NCBI GenBank assembly: GCA_002189035.1
Contig: NEEC01000016.1
Location: 1,302,001 to 1,366,000 of the forward strand
Direction: 5' to 3'
DNA: 64,000 nucleotides
DNA from: Utricularia gibba
Taxonomy: Eukaryota > Plantae > Magnoliophyta
Shown: piece after piece, positions 12,501 to 24,800 of the stretch
Layout: each line of letters starts with the position of its first letter
Position numbering within the stretch: the stretch's first letter is position 1
Made by a program: the position numbers and the translations under genes
Notes under the pieces: generated by a model
Databases searched by the model: none
Told to the model about the DNA's origin: nothing
The model's input: the letters and a program-made list of their open reading frames with translations, nothing else

Positions 12501-15500
12501 TGCAGGCGACTACGCCAGAGAATCAGATGTGGACTTGTGAAACAATTCACTGTCGTAAGTCTTCATGGATGATTTTCCTAAAAGTTGACCTGAAGCTGCA
12601 AAGTACTCATTGTTGGTATCTGGCACTAGGGCGGAATACAGAAGAAAGCTATGGCACTCCAAGAGATGAAGGTGAACGATGTAAGTTTCTCAGTTTTCAT
12701 CTGCGTCACTTAATTTTCTTTGTTGCTACCGTTCATTATTTTTATTTTGATTTTTTGCTCTGCTTAATTCTCTCAGTTTCTTTTGATTGAACCTGTAACC
12801 CTGATTGTTGTTGTCCACGTTTTGAATGCAGGGGATGGATTCAGAGATACAGCGGCTGAATCATCTTCGAGACCGAGCTAGTGAAAATGGGCGTAAGAAG
12901 GAATATCCTTGCCTTAAGCTCATTTGTGTTTTAATTTCATAAGATTGATTTTTTTGATTTCAAATGCTGTTATGATTAGGTGTTCTATTTTATAAGTTTA
13001 TGTTCTACTTGAGCCTTGAAATGTTGCTGAATATGTCCGAGGCAGTGTGTTTCACTGAGTTTCCCTGGATTCCCTTAATTCATTTCCACGCTTCGAGAAT
13101 ATGTAGAAAAACTACAATTTCTGAACTCTCCCAGGGAGCGCCAACAAAGAATCTCTCAAATTCCAGATGTCCATTCTGATCGAACAATGGATCCCAATTA
13201 TAAATTAGAAGAAGATGATAAAAGTGGCCTCACAAATAAAAGAGGTACCATTTGATTCTTTATGCTCTTTTGGTGCATTCATTGTCCATTGCTTTGTTTG
13301 GAGATGGGTCATAAACATCTGAATTTGCAGATGAGCATGTGACACTGAGTTCGAATCCAAATCGAAGTGGTAGGAGGCAAATTCCTCAAAGAAAATGTAA
13401 ATTCTGTGATAAATATACGGGAGTGCTTGCTTCTTTTGAAATTTAGTCATGTGATTTTTTGTTGGCTATTGTGATCAGGTAAAGACGTGCCTAAGCAGAA
13501 GCTCAGTAGAAAAAAATCTGCGATGATACCTGCAAATAGATCAAATAAGTTGGAAGAACAATTGATTCGTTTGGGTGTTTCTAAACGAGGAGAGCAAATC
13601 AGTGCATGCCAATTGAGGCATATTGAGACAGAGCGGCTATGGCATTATCGAGACCCTAGTGGAAAGATTCAAGGGCCATTTTCCATGAAACATCTACGAA
13701 AATGGAGCATGTCCGGTTTTTTCCCAAGAGATATGAGAATATGGACTAATCATGAGCAGTATGACTCGCTGCTTCTTGCTGATGCTCTCAATGGTCAATT
13801 TCATGCTGCCTCTGAACTCCGGGACAAAGCTTCAAAATCTGAGGAGGATGCATCTGCTGGTGGACGTAGAGCGTCTGAGGTTAACAACAAAAATGGGGGA
13901 GATGGTGCAAAGTCATCGACATCTTACAATAATGATGAAACTTCGCTAGAAAAGAGCAGTGGAATTGTGACAGCAGAGGCATCCTGGCCACAGTTTAGGG
14001 GTTTGCGGAAGGACAATAACTCAGGTGATGTCCAGCAAACGCGCATGGCTTCTGCTAGCAATGGGCCTATCCATGTTGCTCGAACTGATCAAGGCACGGT
14101 TTGTGGTGAGTTTGACCTGGATTCTAAAGTAGACGAGAACAATCCACCGGATGGGGTTGCTGATAACAATCTTCAAGGACATAGACATGCAATGGAATCA
14201 AGGGTTGAGGACAGAAAAGGCCACCGCACCGAGGATAATGCAAGACCCTTGGACATTGATTCGGGCTTGAATGATACAGACTCATTTTCAGTTGCTGCAC
14301 CAGTATCAAAGACACCTCTGGCGAGGAGTTCTTTTGTCTTTGATCTTCCTAGTCCGACACCAAATGCAGCAGATGACAATGACCATTCGGTCTCAGGGCA
14401 GAAAACATGCTTTTTGGAGTTGTTGAGCCCTGCACCAAGATCAGACAACAATGACCAAGAAGCTGAAGTTATAGATTCAAAGCCAGCATTCGACATTCCA
14501 GCAGAACCAAGTTGGAGCATGGATTCAAACCTAGTTTTGGGTGGTATCCAAACGCCAGTAGTAGCTGAAGAATGGTGTGGATACTCGCCCACACCAGCAA
14601 AACCATCTGGACATGAATGGGAGCACACAGGCATTGTTGATGCATCTTCATGGAAACCTTCTCAAGCTTCTGATGAGAGTGCGGCCGATCCAAATTCAAG
14701 TGTTGTTCAGATTCCCCCTGCACAAAGCTTACCTAATTGGCTGTTGACGCACGACCTGATTGAGTTCGATGCTTTGGGTGAGGAATCGGTGTCAGATCTA
14801 CTTGCAGAAGTTGATGCAATGGAATCCCAAGCCCAAGGTGCCTTAGCTTCTCCTCTATCTGCATTGAAGTTTGCAAGAGAATACCTCGAGGACTGCAAAG
14901 ATGATTGCTTCAGTTCCATTGATGAATTCAGTTGCACTCATGGTCCTCTAGAGAGCGAGGTCGCAAGTTCCTCAGTAGAAATGCAGCATTTGCACCAAGC
15001 CAGTTCATCAACACATATTGATGGCTTTGATTTCTTTGCCAAGTCAAATGCACACTCTTTCTCAAGCAGTGGGAGCGAAACGAAAGGCCCAGCTTATGCA
15101 CAATCAGAATTCCACCCCAAGGATCACATAACACAGTTCATGAAACGGTGGGGAAACCACAGCCCAGACCATGGTGCCTCCTGATACGGTGGACCCTGGA
15201 TGGGGAACAGTTCAAGGCAACATCAACCTGGTTACAGTACAAGGTAATGTGAACCTTGTTCTTGGTGGTCCAGTTCACGGGATGACTACCCTGAATTGGG
15301 GAATGAACCCTGGAACCACATGGGTGAACTCCCCTGTGGCTCATAACCGCAGCAGCCCTATGATTGGCAGGGACAACCAACGCAAGTTTGGTGGCGAAAG
15401 GTTTCCAGGCACAAGAGCTGCAAATGACTCTGGGTTCGGTAGGGGTCTGCCGCCGTGGAGTCGGATACCGCATGGCAGTGGAGGGTACTCACGGCCCCTT

Positions 15501-15581
15501 CCCAAAGGGCAGCGTGTGTGTAAATTTTACGAGAGTGGGCATTGCAAAAAGGGTGCCTTGTGTGACTATCTGCACCCATGA
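9578..15581 (+). CDS. C3H44: Zinc finger CCCH domain-containing protein with PHD, SWIB, Plus3, GYF and CCCH domains (C3H44/NERD-like); two 1-nt frameshifts in this sequence
   Basis: PHD: [47 protein letters not shown]: [32 protein letters not shown]. Plus3: [19 protein letters not shown]: [19 protein letters not shown]: [22 protein letters not shown]. About 10 exons with GT-AG junctions plus one AT-AC intron. Frameshifts at ~9838-9842 and ~15143-15156. Confidence 0.92.
12903..13089 (+). other. U12-type (minor spliceosome) AT-AC intron
   Basis: 5' site ATATCCTT at 12903, branch-like TCCCTTAAT at 13071-13079, and 3' CCAC ending at 13089. Splicing joins ..[25 protein letters not shown] in frame. 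Confidence 0.88.
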
Positions 15582-16051
15582 CAAGCTGTGGAGATGTGCG
15601 AGAAACATTGGCCTGCGTAGGTGAGCTTCAGAGCAGACCTTTTGGGATCGACTCCATGTCATCCATCACCCACCAAGCTGCATATCGGCAGGTCAGCGCC
15701 CAAAAGGGGCACCATATTCCAAGTTGAAGCTACAGCCGCATGCTGATAACTTGTTAAAGCAGAACTGATCTATGCAAGGGACTTGGGATATGTATTCCTG
15801 GCTGTGCTTCTCACTTCAGAAGCTTCCATTTTGCGCCGAGGGTGTGGCAGCAGGATTGGGAAGGTTCTACATTCATTATTGTATATCTGAGTTAATCATC
15901 AATTGGTTGCCTTGTATCAATAGAAGTTCATTCTTGTTCCTTAATTTTCTCAAGCTACAGGAGATACTGGTTTTGGATTTGTTCGATAAATCGTTACTAA
16001 GCTAAGCATTACTCATAAACACGAGTACAGACTTGCAACACTTTTGTCACA

Positions 16052-19000
16052 CTATTTTATGTTGTACATGAGTCGCCTTTGGCCAACCAACCAATCAGGA
16101 TGGCTCTTCTTTCCTTTTGTTGAGACACAGGTTCCCCAAGTGCTTCTTCACATACCCGTGATTGATCTCAAACACAAAGCTCATTCCCTTAATCTACAAT
16201 GTTGGACCGGTGTCAAAAGAAATGCTGTTTGGAGGGAAAGTAAGATGGTTCCTTCAGTCCAAGGGATGGAATGTGGCGTTTACCTCTATCAAGGATCCTG
16301 AGCATATGCCCACCACCTGCCCACTGAGTACCGTTGTGCCGTTCAAGAATATGGAACTTCGACCGAGGTTCTTCATGAAGAATGATCCATTTGCCTCCAT
16401 CTTTATTATTGCCTGAGAAGAAGGTTGAAAGTTCACTTGAAAAAAGCCTTCATAAGGAGATCTGGTTGCAGCAGGAACACACAGACACAGAAGCTGGTGA
16501 CCATTGTGTCACACTAACAGAAATTGCTCTGTGACCTTTTTAATTGGCAGGAAGTTCCCATAACTTTTGAAGGAAAAATGTTATGATACCTGTCGCCTGG
16601 AGATTTTATTAGCTCTCCCCTCAATCGCTAGATCTATGTCAACAGAAATGTCATCCGTCGATCTTCCAAGCAAAACCTGAGAGAACATCAAGGAAATAAA
16701 ACTACATATATAGAAAGGCCTTTTCTCCCCATTTATCTTAAGATGGAGAACTCCTATAAAGTGGAAAAATAAAAGAGAACCTCAGTCTTCTTGATGTAAT
16801 GTCTCAGATAGCGACCATACAAGATTGCAAATGCTCCTTGAGAGGTCATGGCCCTTTGCAAGGATGAACGAGCTCCTTGTTCCAGTCTAATGATTGTTCT
16901 TTTGGTTTCATCATACTGATAACTAGGGTCTGAAAGAACATGAGACACAGAATTGATGATTAACAACCAAAATGAAAGCAGTTACCTTTTCTATTTGTAT
17001 GGGAGTCGTCATCGTATGGACCTAAGTCCATCTCAAGTATCTAAATGAAAACGCAAGTGGATCAGAAATATAGAATGGCTATGGAATCTGGTGCAAGTAA
17101 ATTAGATACAAGTATGACATTACCATGGCTTCTACATCTGAGAAATAAGGCACATCACGATCCATCTGTGAATTACCATAATCAGACACAGGAGACTCAT
17201 CAGCAAATTCCGGATGCAAGTCTGTTGCAGGAATTGCTGCTAAGTGCGCTATCTCAGCGGCTGCTGGAAGGTTATTTGCAACCTGCTTATGAATGGATCC
17301 TCATAACAGATAACAGAATGAACTATATATAATGGCACTTTCTATTTTAAAAGAAGTACAAAAGAATGAACCAGCAAATGACACCTTAATCTCATGTCCA
17401 AATGCTCCCTTTTTCACACTGTTTTCTGGTAATTTTGAATTTGTGTGCAGTAACGCAGTGGATCTTATGGTTTCTTTTGCCATTGAGGTGAATGCTGGTT
17501 CATGTTCTCTTTTAACAGAGGAGCCTGTAGAGGTACATGGTAGTATAGCACCACCTTGTTGCATTTCCGAGGCATATGGTGAGGATGTAGGATGGATGAG
17601 CAAGAAGACGTGATCATTGCACGGGATATCAGGATACTCTTTGTTCAGCACACAGGAGATCTTCCCATCATTAAAAATCATGAAATCAGGTTTTGAAACC
17701 ACATCTCCAAAAGTACCAGAACTAGGACATTTCCGAGTCAAAATTTCTGTGCTATCAGTCAATTCTAAGCTAGCTTCTGCGAAGGTGTTAACTTGACAGA
17801 CATCTGTAGTGAGTTCTAAGGTATCAGTAACCGAATCCTTGTGAATTCTATCAATATCAAGCGTGCAACCTCTATCCTCTGCAGCAGGTTTTTCATCAAA
17901 ATCCGTTAATAAACACTCAACCTCCTTAGGAAGGTTGAAAAGTAAATCTGGATCTACAATTCCACCTGAATTGACGACTTCATTCTTTTCTTTTTCAACA
18001 TTGGGAACCATAATTTCACCAGCTTCAGGAGATCTTGGCAAGTCCATGGAAGCAGGGAGTGCAGGAGATTTAATAACTTGCATCTCTGTCCATGGCTGAA
18101 GTTGAGATTCATCGCATGCAAACACTGTATCCAAGCAATCATAATTAGATAAATGAAATTGCTGTCTACCATCAAATCCATCTAAAGTATTCTGGAGATT
18201 TCCATCAGTGGGATCATTTCTGACAGAAGGTGAAACTTCCATACTAGCAACGGGATTATCAGCCCTAACTTCCCCTGAAGAGGTAGCTAAACTATCGTTA
18301 AACCCAGGAACACCCATGATTCTGTTTTGGTTGTCCTCTTCGAGAAGATCTGGGTTCACAAGCTCAGCTCCATTAGCAGCATCATATTCCACAGGCGCAC
18401 CTTCTACATTCCCTGGAAAGACGCCCCTTAAAATATCCAACATTTCTTCTTCGAAATAATCAATCTGACCCATAAATTCCCCACCTGGCATCACCTGCTC
18501 CTGAAAATCAGCTGTATGCTCGCCTATTACACAATTTTTGGGTTCAAGAAAATCTATGCCAATATCACTAGAAAACTCTGTGCGAAGCCTTTTCCTCATG
18601 GCATAATATTTCTTGCGGATGCTCTCAAACTTCCTTTTTCTTCTGACATCCTTATTTCTTGCACAGCTACTCTCCGGTCTATACTTAGAGACTGAGCTTA
18701 TGCCGGATATCTCAAGCTCAAACATATGGTAAGACGCTTGGGAAGAAATGTCATCATCATACAGAAGAGAATACCATCTCTCTTTCAGTTCTTGCAAAGT
18801 ATATCTGCGTGAAAACTCCACTGCACCTTTGGCAAGCGCTTCCAGTGATGCACCAGCCTAAAAAAACAAGTCAAATAAGCTCTTAATCGAAACTAAATGA
18901 GAAAGCTAGACCCACAAATTCATTATCCAGAAAACAAATATCAACCACCTACTCCTAATTCAACTACTCCACCTTACAAAACTGCTAGAAGTAAAATAAA

Positions 19001-19122
19001 CTACAACATGAATCCTGAACCCATGAATTAAAAAAAAAAAAAAAGATAACCTCAACAGCATTCCTAAGCAACAGGTCATCTTCAGGAATCCACTGAAGCG
19101 AAACCCGATGAACCGTCTCCAT
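16052..19122 (-). CDS. MCRS1: Microspherule protein 1-like FHA-domain protein
   Basis: N-terminal WIPEDDLLLRNAVE/AGASLEALAKGAVEFSRRYTLQELKERWYSLLYD (MCRS_N-like). C-terminal FHA: AFAILYGRYLRHYIKKTE/VLLGRST..DIDLAIEGRANKISRRQ/AIIKMEANGSFFMKNLGR. Eight exons join in frame. Confidence 0.9.
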
Positions 19123-19602
19123 ATCGCCACTCAATCTCCTACGCCTAGCCGCAGAAAATTGAGCTCTCTGGCTCCATTTCTCCCAAACTTTGAGCACCCA
19201 AAAACGATAGCACCATCCACCGACACACAACAGCCGAAAACCCCAGCACCGCTCAAAACCTCCTACACCAATGGAAGAGCCCCCGCCCTCTTCTCAGTTC
19301 CCGGCTCTCCGGCAATCGTCTCCTCCGCACCGACCAATTACCCAAATCGCATTACCCCTGAAGACTTCCTTGGACAATTCCGGAACTCGAATTTTTTCAT
19401 TCCGGTAAACATCTGCATGGGCCACACCCACCCGAGATCAAAATTCTATTCCATTATTATTAAACCAAGGCAAGGCATTACTTAGCTGCACAAATTCCCA
19501 AATTATTTTTTATTAAAAAACTTCTTGGAAGGAGTCCAAATAGGCAAATACACTAACTTTCCAAAAAAAAAAAATAGCAATGAAGCTTTTGACCGCCTAT
19601 AA

Positions 19603-19648
19603 TGGGCCTGGACTTCGGACATTGAGCCCATTTTCGGCCCGGCCCGGC
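19603..19648. promoter_or_regulatory. Site II (TGGGCY/GGCCC) motif cluster upstream of the MCRS1-like gene
   Basis: TGGGCC, AGCCCA and GGCCCGGCCCGG lie about 500 bp upstream of the minus-strand ATG. Such clusters are typical of plant housekeeping promoters. Confidence 0.45.
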
Positions 19649-20439
19649 ACATCACTTCGGTCGAACTTGAAAACATTGCTATTTTGGGAAACTCTGACGA
19701 CGCACAAATTTTGAATTGATAGTTTTATTAGTACATCATATCTAGAATTGATAGTCTTCTTAGTGACTACTTTTATAACATATTTAATAGATTTGCTTAC
19801 GTCTATAAATATGCGAGAATTATTGTAATTTGATTTATAATTTCGTCAATATATACATGATTTATCAAATATTGATATAATTTTCAATATTTTATATCAA
19901 ATTATTTTCTGTGTGATGTTTCACATACGTTTACCAAACATAATAATATTTTGAATATAAATATATAAAAACTATAATTCAAATACAATTTCAATTATAT
20001 ACAATATTTATATATCTAAATATAAATAATTCAAATATATTATTAATTAAACTAATATAAGATTAAGTTGAATTTTAAACTGATAATTGTGTCGAATTGA
20101 ATGCATAACATAAATTATGAATATTGTACAACAATTGCATAATTCGATCATTATATATTTAATATGTATTATGAAATGATAAGTGTAGAAAATATTTCTG
20201 GCACATAGTAATATTCTTTTTCAGAGCTTTTACCTGAAGATGGAACTTAGCATGGAATGATCCTAAGTTAGAATTCATGAGATTGGCTCCAAGGAAAAAC
20301 ACTATATAGAAAAAAAAAATGCTTTACCCATTATAAAAATAGCAAATTATTCTAACTACTCTTTTATTCCTAAATTTTATATCAACATCTCTTATTAAGT
20401 GCCAATAATCATATTCAATATATTCCATAGCACACTATT

Positions 20440-21834
20440 GATTCGTTATGGCAATACCCACTCCTCAAGATGTAATTAAGAAGCATCTTAGACAGGTAGT
20501 TGTAGAAGGCTATGTGGAGTATGAAGTGTTTTCATAAAATCATCAATAACTTGATTCTTGGAGGGTGTATGCAATGGCACAAGAAAACTAGTAAAGCACT
20601 TCCGAACGATATGATAATCAATGTCTAGTTGCTTTGTTTCTTCACATAAGATGAATTCTTCATAATGCGAAGTATGCCTTGCTGTTAAGGGTATGGAGGT
20701 CTTGACAATTAAATGAAAATCTCACAAAAGAGAAAGCAAGCAATTTCAACTCAATCAGGAAAATGAAACAATGGTCTATTTCTTGGCCTTGTTGAGCTAC
20801 CAATGATTGTATTTGTATTGGGTTGCAATAAAATTATTAACTCAAGTACAAGATAAACTAATAAAAAGCCCATGAAGAAATGCGTAGATGAGATTTGAAG
20901 ATAAGGAAAGTTTCAGCGGTAAAACAACATGTTAATCTTCCATTGGGAGTATATTGGATGCAATAGCTTTGATGAGATGATAATCTGATGATGAGTTTTG
21001 TTGATTTTATGGTTAGTTAGAGGAGTTATTTACTTTCAATTGATTGTTATCTATGAAAGTTGTTAGTACATTATCGATTGTTCATCTTGCTTTTGAACTT
21101 GTATTGATTCGTATTGATCAAGATTCACTAATATATTGAAAAAGTGATAATGAACTTCTTTTGAGTTGGATAAATATAAGCTCTCACTCTGATCCTATCT
21201 GAGTGTATTTAGATGAACATATCGTGTATTCCTTGTTTTCATATTCATTAGTTTTACACTAGATAAACAAACACTTTAATCCAACAAATAAATCACAACA
21301 GGTCTTAGATGAAACCGGTTGTTCACCATAAAAAATGTAAAAATTGGTCAAACATAGAGTTTTTGAGCAAACTGTCCAATCTATATCACAAAAGTTCAAG
21401 AAACTTGCATCAGGTGTAATCTTATACTGAATCACTAAAAGTGGATGATACTTTTAAGTATCAAATAATATGAAGACTTCAAATAAATACAACAAGAGCC
21501 CAACCAAATGATGATAAGGTGTTGGATCAGTCAAAAGTGATGAAGTATCATCAAATAAGCAAAGCTAATCAGTAGTGCCTCATAAATAGGATGAGACTTA
21601 GAGAGTCCAAATCCTCAATAATGTCAAAGTGAACTTTCTATTATTTAATAAATATCTTACAAGGAAATATTTCATCTCTCTAAGATTCTTTATGATAAAT
21701 TTGTCACACAAAAACTTTGTCAAATAAGTTATTTTGAATGATGAGAAACTCATGACAATGATGTTGTCAACATAAACCAAAAGGAAAATTTCCTTACTAT
21801 CAAAAATTGTAATAAATAAATCAAGGTCGTTCAC
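20440..21834 (-). mobile_element. Ty1/copia RT-RNaseH remnant
   Basis: FLLVYVDNIIV..KNLREMKYFL (RT, 21598-21834), FCDIDWTVC (RT/RNaseH junction, ~21380) and ETKQLDIDYHIVRK..LHTPSKNQ (RNaseH, ~20560-20680), ending in a purine tract. Interrupted by other LTR-like sequence at ~20760-21290. Confidence 0.75.
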
Positions 21835-24800
21835 TAAAATTTGAAAATCATATTGAGTTAGATAGACAACTCTTTGTTTGATGCTTGTAATATATTAAAA
21901 TAATTAATATAATTGATTACGAGTTAAAAAATATGTATTGACAATAGTTAATACAGTGATTTAGAAATTATGCATGTTTAATATATACTATTTGAAATTG
22001 AATATTAAAATATATAAAATTTGTAAGCAAATCTGAATACTCGATTTTTTTATAAAATTTGTAAGCATTATACATATTTTTAATACATGACATAATTTAA
22101 AATGTTAATTAAAAACATAAAAATAAATAGGAAATTATTTTCATATTTTATTTAAAAACAAGATTACGTAAATATATCAAGAATTTCAATTAGAAATACA
22201 AAAATAAATTTCAATATGTAATGTATAAATGTATGTTGAACAAATATTTTTATTCTCTTATTTAACTTAAATTAGGGATATTCAACTGATAAAAAAAGAT
22301 GCCGTATCGAGTAAATATTTTTCAAAATAGGGTATGTAACAACTAAAAAAACACACCGTATAGAAGAGAAAATTCCTTCTATTCATTAAATTATTCTTCT
22401 ATAAAACCTAAATTACATATATTCCTAAAATATCTCCTAACTAACTGTACAATAAGCATATTCGGTATATTCCATAAAGTGGCATCAAAGAGTTGTGGGC
22501 TGTGGCAAGAGGCTCACGGCTTCGATTCTGTGGGACTGCTGCTGCGGCATCAAAGAGAAGCCGTTGATGCAAGAAGACGATGGTGTGTGAATGAAAAAAC
22601 TTGCTGCAGCTGCAAGCCGAGCCGAGACGAGCCTTGCTCTGATCAACGATCATAATGCTATGGATGGTGTCGGACTCGGAAAGAAGCAATGTACTCATTG
22701 TATCCCAGCTTTTGCTGCGGCATTTCCTGTCCCCAGCCTATTTCCTTCCTTTCTTGCAATACTTTCCAACGTTAACTCCCATAAATGAGACCCGTGTCGA
22801 CCAGAGACCCATCCACCCCTTCTGGGCTGTCGCCCAAAACGCTCCACCGCCAGTGGACTGCATCGGGCCCTGCTACCTTTTGTACGCAGCCCGTGTGAAA
22901 CCAACTCAGGAGACGTACGCACGTATTCAAACAAATAATTATATATCGGGAAATAAAATTAAATTAGTCAAATATATAAAAAATTTATTGAATTTTTTCT
23001 AATATAATTTATATTTATTATATAATTGAATTTCACATATGATCATTCGATTGATCATAATTTTAACTTTAACATGATATCAAAACATTTAATTTAGTAT
23101 ACAATTGAGTGGACAAGATAAGTTTAATATTGATTTGAGTTTCAGTTAAAAAAAAATACAAGAAAATGCGTTGGACTTAAACAACAAAATTTCGTTGACT
23201 ATATTCTAAGTGTAACTTTCAATCATAAAAGAAAATAAGTTTTAACTGGATCAAATAACAATTCAATTTAAGAATAAGTAATAAAATAAATAATCTCACA
23301 TCAAAAAATAAAAATTAAATAATAAAATATATAATAAATTATAAATCATTAATAATCAATCGGATTTAAATTTTTTTAATATTATCTTTATTTTTCTATG
23401 TATTTGAACTTCATATATAATTACTTAATTCATCGAATTCTTAATTTCAGCAATACATACAACTTAAATCTTTGAGATTAGTTGGATTCGAGGGGGAAAA
23501 GTCAGCTTTGGCAAGGCCAGCAAGGAGGCGAAAGTCATTGAAAAATATCACTAATAAAGGCGAATCGGGTAAGTCAGCTGCTACCCTGCTGAGATAGCCC
23601 TCAATGAACCAAACCATCTTGTTCTAAAAACACCATCTGCTTCCCCAAAGACCAACTCCATCACGTTTCTCCACTCGAACCGCTAAACAGCCTGCAGACT
23701 CCCCCATCTCCAAATAAGCAGCGCCACACAGTGAGGGATCAGCGTGACCATTCACAGCTTTGTTTTCTTCGCCCGCAGCAAGTCCTGGGCATTAAGGAGG
23801 CCATTAAGTTACTTAGCCTAAGCTTTCTCCGGCTAGCGGAGGGGCTACGAGGCTGATATCATCATCATACATGTTATATAATCCAACCCTAGTCTGCTAG
23901 CCCTCTCATACCCATCAATTATGCAACCCCATAAGTCGCGCTGCTGTCTCTAGCTAAGCGTGCCACAATTCTTGTTATTATTTTTGCATACTATTAGCTA
24001 TTAAATGTACCTTTTTACCTAACCAGTGTCACACTCTTGTGCTACGTACAAAGAGAGGTGGGAATTTCAAAACATGATACATGAACGACTCAAGGTGAGG
24101 CCTCTAGACACGAGACATGATCCCGTGCAAACTTTGTACGCAATGGAAACGGACAAATTTGTCAAAATAGTTATTACAGGATGAGATTACTAAAATAGAA
24201 TTTAAATTTAAACACTGTCGATAAATATATTATTTTAGTATTTGTATAAAAAAAATCATGCTAATGCATATCATACAAAAGATAATAATATTAAACGTTT
24301 TGCGCAAATTCAATGTTTAAACAATGTTCTATAAAAAATTTTAATCCTATTTCTACTTTTCAAAAATAAAAATAATTTTATTTCAAAACACTAACATTTG
24401 TAAAAATAATTCTACCAAAAAGTACTTTTGAAATTATACTACAAAATTTATTTTTAGAAAAGTAATGAATATGTTACTTTTACTTCTCATTTCTATTTTT
24501 CCAAAATAATTTTTAAAAAATAAAAATAAATTCCAAAAAATTTCCAGCACAGTACTTTAGAATTAAAACTATTAGAAAATTAAATTTTATGTGGTAGTAA
24601 TGCATACGCATACCGGAAATCAATGTATTTGATGTTTTAAGTTAATGAATAAAAAATTAGTTTAGTAAATACTCTAAAATTATATATGATACTTATCACT
24701 CAGATTTTATAAATATAGGTAATTATATTTAGTTAATTTATTTTGAAAAATACAAAATTATTGATTGAAAAATGAAAAATATATTAATTAATTAAAATAT

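Noticed and set aside
14124-15579. Antisense ORFs over the large C3H44 exon
   Set aside because: Shadow frames of a real coding exon, with no independent domain signal.
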